A stretch of 25,867 nucleotides of DNA, from contig CAYWWL010000002.1 in the NCBI GenBank assembly GCA_964461925.1, positions 1 to 25,867 on the forward strand, written 5' to 3'. The translations under genes were made by a program, and so were the position numbers. Below are positions 8,467-17,037 of the stretch, one piece after another. Within the stretch, counting starts at the first letter, position 1, and the number at the start of each line of letters is the position of its first letter. Source of the stretch: an uncultured Caulobacterales bacterium. GTDB lineage: Bacteria; Pseudomonadota; Alphaproteobacteria; Caulobacterales; Parvularculaceae. A model generated the notes under the pieces. The model had not been told where the DNA came from. It saw only the letters and a program-made list of their open reading frames with translations, and did not search any database.

Positions 8467-8817
8467 ATGCCGCCAGCCAATGAACCACCCGGCGAAGAGC
8501 CGCCCGTCGACGACAAGACCGCCCCAGAGAAGCGGTCGATCAAGCTTGGGATCGCCGTGGACAATGACGAGCGGGAGACGGAGCTAGGCGAACAGACGCC
8601 TCCCATCCCGCCTCTCGGCGCAAACGACGAAGCCATTCTGTTGAAAATTCACGCGCTATTGCAGGACCACGAGGATCTTCACATCGCCATTGAGGCGTTG
8701 GCGGAGAAAACTGGGCATGAGACGCTGAATATCGCGCGTCTAAAAAAGAAAAAACTTAGGCTCAAAGACGAAATCCTTAAGCTAAAGAATCAATTGACGC
8801 CTGACATTATCGCTTAG
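8467..8817 (+). CDS. DUF465 (YdcH-like) protein, copy 2, with Pro/acidic N-terminal extension
   Basis: LLQDHEDLHIAIEAL...IARLKKKKLRLKDEILKL...PDIIA C-terminal signature; start at 8467 or 8431 uncertain. Confidence 0.85.
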   Translation: MPPANEPPGEEPPVDDKTAPEKRSIKLGIAVDNDERETELGEQTPPIPPLGANDEAILLKIHALLQDHEDLHIAIEALAEKTGHETLNIARLKKKKLRLKDEILKLKNQLTPDIIA

Positions 8818-8844
8818 TTCTTGGCGCAAAAATAAGCATTTAGG

Positions 8845-9549
8845 TCATTCTTTCTCGCGTTTGCCGCGGTACATTTCCGCGTCGGCGAAGTTCAACGTCG
8901 TCTCAACAGTCGCACCCTGTGCGATCGGAGCAATCCCGACTGTGACCGACATCGAGAACTTGGCGCCGTTTAGTTCGACGGATTTTTCATTGATCGCTTT
9001 TTGCAGCTCCAACACTTTGCCCGCCGCGGCGTCTTTCTCCGCATAATTGAAAATAACCGCAAATTCGTCGCCGCCTAAGCGACCGACGACATCCGTCTGC
9101 CGAACGTTCGACATCAGCATTTGCGCCAGATGGACAATCGCCGCGTCGCCGCCGGCGTGTCCATAATGGTCATTGATCGATTTCATGTCGTCGATATCAA
9201 AGTATGCAAGCGCCGCTGCTTGATCATGACGTTGAACGATCGCCAGAGTGCGGTTGAGCTCATTGACGAATGCGCGGCGGTTATAGACCCCGGTCAGAGG
9301 ATCGGTGAACGCCATTGTCGACAGCTCGGCCATCTTCGACTGGGTCTCGGCCAGTTCTTGGCGGAGCGTCGCCACCTCCTCCATTAGATCCGTCAACGCC
9401 CGCATCACGCGCGGGGTGAGTTCGGCCTGGGGAATGCCAGCGACCGTTATCGAGTCTTTCGGCGCGGCGGCCGTCGGCGCAGCATTTTGCGCCTCCGCCT
9501 TGCCTTTTCGTCGCGTGGCTTGGACGCCTTGATTGCCCGAAATTTTCAT
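8845..9549 (-). CDS. dgcA: Soluble diguanylate cyclase (coiled coil plus GGDEF), DgcA-like
   Basis: DPLTGVYNRR, DIDDMKSIND.YGHAGGD, RQTD inhibitory site followed by RLGGDEF; the MKISG start resembles Caulobacter DgcA as I recall it; the track gives a longer start at 9696; ortholog name is moderate confidence. Confidence 0.85.
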   Translation of the reverse strand: MKISGNQGVQATRRKGKAEAQNAAPTAAAPKDSITVAGIPQAELTPRVMRALTDLMEEVATLRQELAETQSKMAELSTMAFTDPLTGVYNRRAFVNELNRTLAIVQRHDQAAALAYFDIDDMKSINDHYGHAGGDAAIVHLAQMLMSNVRQTDVVGRLGGDEFAVIFNYAEKDAAAGKVLELQKAINEKSVELNGAKFSMSVTVGIAPIAQGATVETTLNFADAEMYRGKREKE

Positions 9550-9877
9550 CGCTTCGCCTATCCCGACTGACTCGTGAACCGTTACATTAAGGGTGACTCT
9601 GTGCCCAAAGCCATGCCCGCCGGCGGAATGCGACGAGAATACGCGATCCAGCACAACTCGCTTCGACGCAGCTCCTAGTCGCTTGGTCGCAGCCATATTG
9701 AGATCCCTCGCGTGGCGCGCGACAAATGTCGTGCGCCGCCGCGAAAGGCGATTTGAGTCCCCTTCCTAACGCCGCTGGCGTTGTGGCGCTCCGGAGAAGC
9801 GTCGATCCATTGCGCCCCCCGTCTGCTCGGACGACGCTTCTCCACCCCCCTTCTTGACTGAACCCTTTAGAGCGCAC

Positions 9878-9906
9878 TTGCCGCGGCAGGCCACACCATG
9901 TAATTG
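9878..9906 (+). promoter_or_regulatory. Putative sigma70 promoter of purEK
   Basis: TTGCCG-N17-TAATTG, about 65 nt upstream of purE. Confidence 0.45.
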
Positions 9907-9970
9907 ACCGCCTTTTCATTGTGGCGCCGTCCTAAGATTCGGACGCAGCGCAGCGGTTTTGGGATAGCCC

Positions 9971-10489
9971 ATGACAGATCCAACAGACGCCATTGTTTCC
10001 TCTACTGGTCCGCAAGTTAGCGTAATCATGGGATCGCGTTCGGATTGGCCGGTGATGCGCGAAGCAACCGCCATATTGGATGAACTTGGCGTCGCCTACG
10101 AAGCGCGGGTCGTCTCCGCCCACCGGACGCCGCAGCGGTTGTTCGAATTCGCTCACGATGCAAAACGGCGCGGCGTCAATGTCATCATCGCCGGCGCTGG
10201 CGGCGCTGCGCACCTGCCGGGCATGACCGCGTCGATGACCCCACTGCCGGTGATCGGCGTGCCGGTGCAGAGCAAGACGCTTAATGGCATGGACAGCCTA
10301 TTGTCGATCGTCCAAATGCCGAAAGGCGTGCCAGTGATGACCATGTCGATCGGCGCAGCCGGCGGCGCCAATGCCGGGCTCGCCGCCGCATCGATTATCG
10401 CCCTCTTAGATCCCGCGGTCGCTAAAGCGCTCGATGCATGGCGCGCGGCGCAGACCGCGGCCGTACCTGATAGCGTCGAGGACGCATGA
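9971..10489 (+). CDS. purE: N5-CAIR mutase
   Basis: [49 protein letters not shown]. Confidence 0.97.
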   Translation: MTDPTDAIVSSTGPQVSVIMGSRSDWPVMREATAILDELGVAYEARVVSAHRTPQRLFEFAHDAKRRGVNVIIAGAGGAAHLPGMTASMTPLPVIGVPVQSKTLNGMDSLLSIVQMPKGVPVMTMSIGAAGGANAGLAAASIIALLDPAVAKALDAWRAAQTAAVPDSVEDA

Positions 10490-11625
10490 CCAAGACTATG
10501 GGCGATAAGGCGCCTTGCGTCGGGCCGGGCGGCGTTATCGGCATTCTTGGCGGCGGCCAGCTCGGCCGAATGCTTTCCAACGCCGCAAATCAACTCGGTC
10601 TATCTACCCATATCTATACGGATAAACCCGGCGCGCCCGCGTCCGCCGTTTCCTCTCTGTCGAGCGTCGCCGCCTATGACGACCTCAATGAACTCGCGGC
10701 GTTCGCGGAGACGGTTGACGTCGTCACCTATGAATTCGAGAACGTTCCTGCAGAGGCGGTTCGCGCATTGGACAAAATTGGCGCGACCGTGTTCCCAAAC
10801 GTCAATGCCCTGGAGACCGCGCAGGACAGGCTGCTGGAAAAATCCTTCGCCAATGACATTGGCGTGCGCACGGCCCCATTCAAGGCGGTCGCCACCATTG
10901 ATGATCTCGCTGTGGCCGTGAACGCTCTCGGGGCGCCGTCCATCCTCAAAACTCGACGCTTTGGCTATGATGGCAAAGGCCAAGAACGGATTCCCGCAAA
11001 CGCGTCAACGGCGGCGGACGCCGAGCGTGAAGCGATGCTTACCGCCGCCTGGCGCGCAATCGGCGAACGGCCCGCCATTCTCGAAGGATTTGTCGACTTC
11101 GCATTTGAGATTTCGATAGTCGCCGGCCGCGGCCTCGAGGGCGATTTTGCGGCGTTCGAACCACCGCGCAATGTCCATGCCGACGGAATTCTTCGCACCA
11201 GCACCGTGCCCTGTGGCGCAGACGCATCGACGGTGGCCGAGGCGGTCGCCGCCACGAAGAAAATCATGGCGACGCTCGACTATGTAGGCGTCATGGCGGC
11301 CGAATTTTTTGTGACTGAGAACGGCGACCTATTGCTCAACGAAATAGCGCCGCGCGTTCATAACTCCGGCCATTGGACAATGGACGCGTGTCATTGTTGC
11401 CAATTCGAGCAGCACATTAGGGCGATCTGCGGCTGGCCATTGGGAACGACCGACCGCCTCGCCGACGTCACCATGATCAACCTAATTGGCGCAGACGCTG
11501 AACAATGGCTCGACTATGCGCGCATGCCGAACGCGACGGTGCATCTCTATGGGAAGGGCGATGCGCGGCCAGGACGAAAAATGGGCCACGTAAACAAACT
11601 GTCTCCGTGGAGCGCCAAGGCTTAG
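10486..11625 (+). CDS. purK: N5-CAIR synthetase (ATP-grasp)
   Basis: [58 protein letters not shown]; ATGA overlap with purE. Confidence 0.97.
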   Translation: MTKTMGDKAPCVGPGGVIGILGGGQLGRMLSNAANQLGLSTHIYTDKPGAPASAVSSLSSVAAYDDLNELAAFAETVDVVTYEFENVPAEAVRALDKIGATVFPNVNALETAQDRLLEKSFANDIGVRTAPFKAVATIDDLAVAVNALGAPSILKTRRFGYDGKGQERIPANASTAADAEREAMLTAAWRAIGERPAILEGFVDFAFEISIVAGRGLEGDFAAFEPPRNVHADGILRTSTVPCGADASTVAEAVAATKKIMATLDYVGVMAAEFFVTENGDLLLNEIAPRVHNSGHWTMDACHCCQFEQHIRAICGWPLGTTDRLADVTMINLIGADAEQWLDYARMPNATVHLYGKGDARPGRKMGHVNKLSPWSAKA

Positions 11626-12287
11626 CGGTATCGCGCTTTCGCCGCCGCCTTTAATGGCGCTTTCAGGCCTTCGCCGACGCCGCGAAATCGCGCTTTGACT
11701 TTTTCGAACTGCATGACGTTTTCGATACGCCGATGCAAAAAGTCGATCGTCGCAGCCATCTCCGGATCATCATCCGCCAGCCATCGCACTTGCGTTGATG
11801 AAATAACCCCGGAAAGGATCGCCCGCTTCGTGTAGAAATTTATGTCCGTCGACGTATCGCCGAGACCGCGCCAAATAGCATCCGCCGCTGACCAAGTCAT
11901 GCGCGCCGCCAGACTATGGCGATAGGGAAACGCCAAGGCGGCCGCCGCCCGCCTCGCAGCTTCTTTGTTGGGAGAAAAATATTCCAGCCGCGCTTTGACG
12001 CCAATCGCGACTTTCTCACGGATTTTCGCGTGCTGCGCCTCTTCGCCCGCCAGGGCTAGTTGAGCCGCCGCATCGGCGCACCCTGACCAGAACGCAAGCG
12101 CATCGTCGACGCCGTTAGGCCATGCTATCGCCGACTGGGACGCGTCCACTCCAGCATCGACGGCCGCTTGGGACAGCGCTCGACGGGTGAAACCGTCGAA
12201 AGCGGCGGCGGCGAGCACTCCCGGCAATAAACGCCGCCTCAAGCAATCCTGGTGATTCTCGCTTGTTGATCTTGTCTCGCCTGGCAT
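11622..12287 (-). CDS. COQ9-family (rpsU-divergently transcribed) lipid-binding protein
   Basis: AAFDGFT, KIREKVAIGVKARL, AADAIWRGLGDTSTDINFYTKRAILSGVISST, FLHRRIENVMQFEKVK; divergent from rpsU. Confidence 0.9.
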   Translation of the reverse strand: MPGETRSTSENHQDCLRRRLLPGVLAAAAFDGFTRRALSQAAVDAGVDASQSAIAWPNGVDDALAFWSGCADAAAQLALAGEEAQHAKIREKVAIGVKARLEYFSPNKEAARRAAAALAFPYRHSLAARMTWSAADAIWRGLGDTSTDINFYTKRAILSGVISSTQVRWLADDDPEMAATIDFLHRRIENVMQFEKVKARFRGVGEGLKAPLKAAAKARYR

Positions 12288-12435
12288 GTGAACCCACCGT
12301 TGTTCGCGACGCTGTTTCGCGCCGATAAATAGCGCTACGGCTGCTCGAGTCGACGGAAATCCGCCGATTTGTCGCAATTGTCGCAACACTTACCCGCAAA
12401 AAGCGCCGCCATTCCCAATCCATCAGGTTTTAGGA

Positions 12436-12464
12436 TGGACAAGCCCTGGAATATTTGATAGCGC
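12436..12464 (+). promoter_or_regulatory. Putative sigma70 promoter of rpsU
   Basis: TGGACA-N17-TAGCGC, about 78 nt upstream of the CTG start. Confidence 0.4.
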
Positions 12465-12541
12465 CACCGCTCCGCAACTGCTTTGCGACACTTATCAATT
12501 GGCGCTGAGCGCCACAGACAACTTCTTAGGGAGAATTTACC

Positions 12542-12751
12542 CTGGTACAGATCTCGGTCCGTGACAATAATGTCGAACAAGCGCTTCGCGCGCTGAAAAA
12601 GAAGATGCAGCGCGAAGGCACGTTTCGCGAAATGAAGCGGCGTAAATTCTACGAAAAACCGTCGGAAAAGCGCGCTCGGCAAAAGGCCGAAGCGGTTCGT
12701 CGCGCGCGTAAATTGCTGCGCAAGCGTCTGCAGCGCGAAGGCGCAATCTAA
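12542..12751 (+). CDS. rpsU: 30S ribosomal protein S21 (CTG start; absent from the ORF track)
   Basis: Translated by hand: (M)[68 protein letters not shown]; AGGGAG Shine-Dalgarno 8 nt before CTG; in-frame TAG at 12527-12529. Confidence 0.96.
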   Translation: MVQISVRDNNVEQALRALKKKMQREGTFREMKRRKFYEKPSEKRARQKAEAVRRARKLLRKRLQREGAI

Positions 12752-12810
12752 GCAAATGACGGCGCTCACCTGAGCGTAGCGCCGTTACCGGCCCAAGGCT
12801 GGCCAAGTAC

Positions 12811-12840
12811 GACGCGTCCATTTCTGGGCGCGTTTTTTAT
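12811..12840 (+). terminator. Rho-independent terminator after rpsU
   Basis: GACGCGTCCA-TTTC-TGGGCGCGTT stem followed by a T tract. Confidence 0.7.
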
Positions 12841-12966
12841 TATCCGAGATTCTGGCGGCCGCTCCGATCCCCACGACACACGGTGGCCAAGGGCATTTGC
12901 GCTGCAACACAACAATTTTGCCCCCTGGGCGCTGACAAAATTACCAAATCTTCGCACACTCGGGCT

Positions 12967-12985
12967 ATGGTTAAGACATGGTTTC
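12967..12985 (-). promoter_or_regulatory. CtrA-like box upstream of the mipA-like gene
   Basis: Reverse strand reads GAAA-N7-TTAAC and contains the ungapped TTAACCAT motif. Confidence 0.55.
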
Positions 12986-13085
12986 CTGTGTAAACCTGTC
13001 GGATGTTGGCTTTCCGCGGGCGAGACGCGCGTGGCGAGCCTGCAAGGGCGTTTCGAGAATCGGGACTGATTAGGGGGTCGCGTAC

Positions 13086-14045
13086 ATGGTGAGTATCAAG
13101 AATTGCGCACGGGTCTGCTGCGCTGTTTTAGCTTTAGCATTTGGCCAAACCGCGGTGACCACGCCAGCAATGGCGCAGCAAACCGCTGACGAACCTGGCC
13201 TTGACCCGATCTTCGGTAAGCGTCCGCCCAAGCCCGAAGAAAAAATGGGTCCGATGAATGACGACGAATTCGATCAACCGCAGGGTTGGTCGCCGCTGCG
13301 CGGCTTTGTCGGCGTTTTGACCTTTCTCGTCCCTGAGACGACCAATCTCAGCCTTGGCGTCGGCCCCTCTTACCAGCCTGACTATTTTGGCTCTGACGAC
13401 TATGAATTCCGCCCTGACCCACAGGTCTACATCAAAGTCCGGAACTTCTTATTCCTCGATGATGACGGCGCCGACCTCGCCTTGATCGGCTTTTCTGGCT
13501 TCGCGATCGGCCCATCTATCCGCGTCGCTGGGCGCCGTCGGGAAGAAGACAACGTCGCGCTGCAAGGCCTTGGCGATATCGGCTTCACGTTTGAGGCTGG
13601 CGGCTTTATCGCGACGACATTTCTCGATCGCATGCTCGTCCGCGCGAAAGTGCGGAAAGGCGTAACCGGCGGCCATGACGGTTTGGTGATTGACGGCGCC
13701 GGGACAGTGCTATTGTTCACCACGCCGCGCTTCTCCGCCTCGTTATCGGGCCAGGTCTCTTGGGTAGATGACAGCTACGCCGATACCTTCTTTTCGATTA
13801 CGCCGGATCAATCCGCAGCGTCCGGTCTGCCGATCTACGATGCCGATGCCGGCTTCCGCGACGTTGGCGGCTCCGTGAACGGCTATATCAATATCGGCAA
13901 GCGTTGGTCGCTGAACCCATATGTTCGCTACAAGCGGATCTTCAAAGGTTTCGCAGAAACGCCGATCATCGATCAGTATGGGACCCGCGATCAGTTCATC
14001 GCTGGCTTCCACCTTATGCGCGAATTCCAATTCGATTTCCTCTAG
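13086..14045 (+). CDS. MipA/OmpV family outer-membrane beta-barrel protein
   Basis: Signal peptide (..PAMA), LGVGPSYQPDYFGSDDY, YADTFFSIT.DQSAASGLPIYDADAGFRDVG, aromatic C-terminal strand FQFDFL. Confidence 0.85.
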   Translation: MVSIKNCARVCCAVLALAFGQTAVTTPAMAQQTADEPGLDPIFGKRPPKPEEKMGPMNDDEFDQPQGWSPLRGFVGVLTFLVPETTNLSLGVGPSYQPDYFGSDDYEFRPDPQVYIKVRNFLFLDDDGADLALIGFSGFAIGPSIRVAGRRREEDNVALQGLGDIGFTFEAGGFIATTFLDRMLVRAKVRKGVTGGHDGLVIDGAGTVLLFTTPRFSASLSGQVSWVDDSYADTFFSITPDQSAASGLPIYDADAGFRDVGGSVNGYINIGKRWSLNPYVRYKRIFKGFAETPIIDQYGTRDQFIAGFHLMREFQFDFL

Positions 14046-14093
14046 TCTGACGCCATGGCCGGCGCAGTCCCTTTCCAGAGGACATTCGACCCA

Positions 14094-14130
14094 TAAAAAA
14101 GGCGCTCCCGCGGGAGCGCCTTTCTTTATT
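14094..14130. terminator. Bidirectional Rho-independent terminator
   Basis: AAAAAA-GGCGCTCC-CGCG-GGAGCGCC-TTTCTTT between convergent genes. Confidence 0.9.
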
Positions 14131-14145
14131 CGATGATCCGTCAGC

Positions 14146-15075
14146 TTACGCGGGCTTGCGGAATTTCAACGTCATGCGATCGCTTTCGCCAATCGCTTTG
14201 AACGCGGCCGCCTTTTCTTCATCGTCGCCGCTGGTGCCGAGCGACGGCGGCAGGCGCCAAACGATATCGTCATTGGTCGGTACGTCGGCGGCGTTCGCAT
14301 TGATCTCGCTCGCCTCGACCAATTCAAAGCCGGCGGCTTCGAATGCAGCAATCACTTGCGACTGCTTCATGTATCCATTGTCGCCCTCAGCCCAGACATC
14401 GTCATTGCCTTCAGGGCCACGGTGCTGAACGACGCCGACAATGCCGCCTGGCTTCAGGATCGCCATGGTGTCTTGCAAGCCGCTCGTCAGCCAGCCGCCC
14501 TCTTCTTCGAAACGGTTCATGTGATGAAGCGAGCGCACGAAGAGGATGACGTCGACAGTGCCCTTAACGTCTTCCGGCACGGCGCCGAAATTAAACGCCG
14601 AAACGCCTGCGCCTTTGTCGCCAGCCCATGTCGCGGCCTCAGTCGGCCAAGTGCCAGACCACGCCTCGTGGCGCGCCATCGCTTCTTCATTGGAGAAACG
14701 ACCGCCAAACAAGCGCCACATATCCACGGCGTAATTCGCGCCGATCAGGCTACCCTCGGGGCCAAGATACGGAAGCAAAATCTTCGAGTACCAGCCGCCG
14801 CCAGGCAGAGTTTCAACTACCGTCATGCCTGGCTCGACGCCGAAGAACGCCAAGGTCTCTTTCGGATTGCGATATTGGTCTCGAGCCGCATCATTTTCGC
14901 CACGGATGTCGCTTGCCAATACGGCGTCCAAATCGCCAACCAATGACGCTTCGGCGACTTCTTCAACGACCTCTTCAACCGCTTCTTCAACCGGCGCTGG
15001 CGCAGCCTCCGGCGCTTCATTTTGACCGCAAGCGGCCAACGCGACCAATGACGCGCCTATCAGAATATTTCTCAT
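14146..15075 (-). CDS. Predicted lipoprotein with class I SAM-dependent methyltransferase fold (COG4798-like)
   Basis: Lipobox LAA-C16, acidic linker, RDQYRNPKETLAFFGVEPGMTVVETLPGGGWY, LKPGGIVGVVQHR, GESDRMTLKFRKP. Confidence 0.85.
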   Translation of the reverse strand: MRNILIGASLVALAACGQNEAPEAAPAPVEEAVEEVVEEVAEASLVGDLDAVLASDIRGENDAARDQYRNPKETLAFFGVEPGMTVVETLPGGGWYSKILLPYLGPEGSLIGANYAVDMWRLFGGRFSNEEAMARHEAWSGTWPTEAATWAGDKGAGVSAFNFGAVPEDVKGTVDVILFVRSLHHMNRFEEEGGWLTSGLQDTMAILKPGGIVGVVQHRGPEGNDDVWAEGDNGYMKQSQVIAAFEAAGFELVEASEINANAADVPTNDDIVWRLPPSLGTSGDDEEKAAAFKAIGESDRMTLKFRKPA

Positions 15076-15141
15076 TGTCGTCTCCCTTGTGAATTTCGAT
15101 TTAGCGGTCGCAAAGCGACCGCCATCGTCAGACCTCGAAGC

Positions 15142-16548
15142 CTAATGGAAGGCTTTGACGATCTCTTCGCACATCTTCTTCGCATCCCCGAATAACATCA
15201 TCGTGTTGTCGCGGAAGAAGAGTTCGTTTTGCACGCCGGCGTAACCTGACGCCATCGAGCGCTTGATGAACAAGACCGTACCCGCGTTCTCTACATCCAG
15301 AATCGGCATGCCGTAGATCGGCGATTGCGGATCGGTTTTCGCCGCTGGGTTAGTGACGTCATTCGCGCCAATCACAAAGGCGACTTCCGACGTGCGGAAC
15401 TCGGAATTGATATCTTCGAGTTCAAACACTTCGTCATAGGGCACCTGCGCCTCGGCCAATAGCACGTTCATATGACCGGGCATTCTCCCGGCGACGGGGT
15501 GGATCGCGTACTTCACCTCCACGCCTTCGGCTTTCAGCAGATCGCACATTTCTTTTAGGGCGTGCTGGGCCTGGGCGACAGCCATGCCATAGCCAGGCAC
15601 GATGATCACCTTGCTGGCGTTCTTCATCACAAAGGCCGCATCTTCAGCGGAACCTTGTTTGACCGGGCGGTCGTCGCCGCCACCAGCCCCACCGGCCGCG
15701 GCGTCTTCACCGCCGAAGCCGCCAAGGATCACCGAGATAAACGACCGGTTCATGCCTTTACACATGATATAGGACAAGATCGCGCCCGACGCCCCTACAA
15801 GCGCGCCGGTGATGATCAACGCCATATTCTCAAGAGTGAAGCCAATCCCGGCCGCCGCCCAGCCGGAATAGCTGTTCAGCATCGACACCACCACCGGCAT
15901 ATCGGCGCCGCCGATCGGGATGATGATCAAGAATCCGAGGATGAACGCCACCAGGGTCAACAACGCGAAGACAGTCACCGACTGCTCGCCGCTCATCAGC
16001 AAGCCAATCAACAAGAAGATCGTCACCGCTAGGGCGAGATTGATCACATGTCGCGACGGCAGCAAGATCGGCGCGCCCGACATGCGGCCATCCAGTTTCA
16101 AAAAGGCGATCACCGAGCCCGAAAAGGTGATCGCGCCAATTCCGGCGCCGAGCGACATCTCCAAGATCGAGCCGGCATGAATATGCCCGACTTCGCCGAC
16201 TCCGAATGCGCTTGGCGCCAGATAGGCGGCCCAAGCGATAAACACCGCCGCGAGACCGACAAGGCTGTGAAACGCCGCCACGAGTTGCGGCATCGACGTC
16301 ATTGGCACCCGCTTCGCGATCAAGGCGCCGGGTACGGCGCCGGCGGCGACGGCGAGGATGATCAGCGCCCAGGTGCCGAAACCTTTGTCTTCAAGCACGA
16401 AAAGGGTCGTCAGCACAGCGATGCCCATGCCGATCATGCCGAAGCGATTGCCCTGACGAGACGTTTCAGGCGACGACAGGCCGCGCAGCGCGAGAATGAA
16501 CAAAACGCCCGCGGCGATATAGAGAAGCGGTGGGAGGTTATTCGCCAT
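15142..16548 (-). CDS. pntB: NAD(P) transhydrogenase beta subunit
   Basis: MPQLVAAFHSLVGLAAV, IGGADMPVVVSMLNSYSGWA, VPGYGMAVAQAQH, IHPVAGRMPGHMNVLLAEA, GANDVTNPAA. Confidence 0.97.
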   Translation of the reverse strand: MANNLPPLLYIAAGVLFILALRGLSSPETSRQGNRFGMIGMGIAVLTTLFVLEDKGFGTWALIILAVAAGAVPGALIAKRVPMTSMPQLVAAFHSLVGLAAVFIAWAAYLAPSAFGVGEVGHIHAGSILEMSLGAGIGAITFSGSVIAFLKLDGRMSGAPILLPSRHVINLALAVTIFLLIGLLMSGEQSVTVFALLTLVAFILGFLIIIPIGGADMPVVVSMLNSYSGWAAAGIGFTLENMALIITGALVGASGAILSYIMCKGMNRSFISVILGGFGGEDAAAGGAGGGDDRPVKQGSAEDAAFVMKNASKVIIVPGYGMAVAQAQHALKEMCDLLKAEGVEVKYAIHPVAGRMPGHMNVLLAEAQVPYDEVFELEDINSEFRTSEVAFVIGANDVTNPAAKTDPQSPIYGMPILDVENAGTVLFIKRSMASGYAGVQNELFFRDNTMMLFGDAKKMCEEIVKAFH

Positions 16549-16554
16549 GATCGA

Positions 16555-17037
16555 TTACCGCTCTTTCTTCTTGTACATCGCCAGCATTCGCTGGGTGACC
16601 ATAAATCCACCGAATATGTTCACGCTCGCTAGCGATACAGCGACAAAGCCAAAGACTTTCGGCCACAAGCCCGTCGCCGCATCCGCGAGATCCGCCCCCA
16701 AAGCGATCAGGGCGCCAACCACAACCACCGACGACACGGCGTTGGTGACCGACATCAACGGCGTGTGCAGCGCCGGCGTCACTGACCAGACGACGTAGTA
16801 GCCAACGAAAATCGCCAGCACGAAAATTCCGAATAGGTAGACGAATTCCGATGGCGACGAGAGCACGTCCACATAGGTCAACAGACCGTCGGCGATGGTG
16901 CGTGCTTCAGTCGCCGCAGCGGCCGCAGTTTCAGCGCTCGCCGCCGCGCCATCGGCGGCGGTAGCGGCGACGTCAGCTAGTTCGTCCGCGGCTTGGGCGG
17001 CTTCTTCAACCGCTTCGCGTTCATTCTGCATGGCCAT
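16555..17037 (-). CDS. pntAB: NAD(P) transhydrogenase alpha subunit part 2 (membrane part) with Ala-rich N-terminal extension
   Basis: [48 protein letters not shown]; GAGGG Shine-Dalgarno before ATG 17037 (alternative 17031). Confidence 0.92.
   Translation of the reverse strand: MAMQNEREAVEEAAQAADELADVAATAADGAAASAETAAAAATEARTIADGLLTYVDVLSSPSEFVYLFGIFVLAIFVGYYVVWSVTPALHTPLMSVTNAVSSVVVVGALIALGADLADAATGLWPKVFGFVAVSLASVNIFGGFMVTQRMLAMYKKKER

Noticed and set aside
9550-9696. 49-residue N-terminal extension of the diguanylate cyclase
   Set aside because: It has no domain character and crosses a likely promoter patch with GANTC sites. Not fully excluded, because a GGGA lies upstream of ATG 9696.
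9714-9970. Purine or ZTP riboswitch upstream of purE
   Set aside because: I found no recognisable aptamer consensus, and the hairpins lie upstream of the putative purE promoter.
12758-12786. Hairpin ACGGCGCT...AGCGCCGT after the rpsU stop as a separate ncRNA or REP element
   Set aside because: It is a single copy in the window and lies in the rpsU 3' UTR before the terminator. Most simply it is an mRNA-stabilising stem.
12335-12821. Minus-strand ORFs 12335-12769 and 12537-12821
   Set aside because: They are antisense to the clearly recognisable rpsU on the + strand.
12890-12907. Possible sigma54 promoter (GGGCATTTGCGCTGCA) as a TacA target upstream of the mipA-like gene
   Set aside because: GG-N10-GC spacing holds, but both flanks match TGGCAC/TTGC poorly, and such matches are common at this GC content.
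14957-14992. CTTCAAC repeated three times at a 12-nt period
   Set aside because: It encodes the VEEA/VEEV acidic linker of the lipoprotein. It is a low-complexity coding repeat, not a CRISPR or iteron array.
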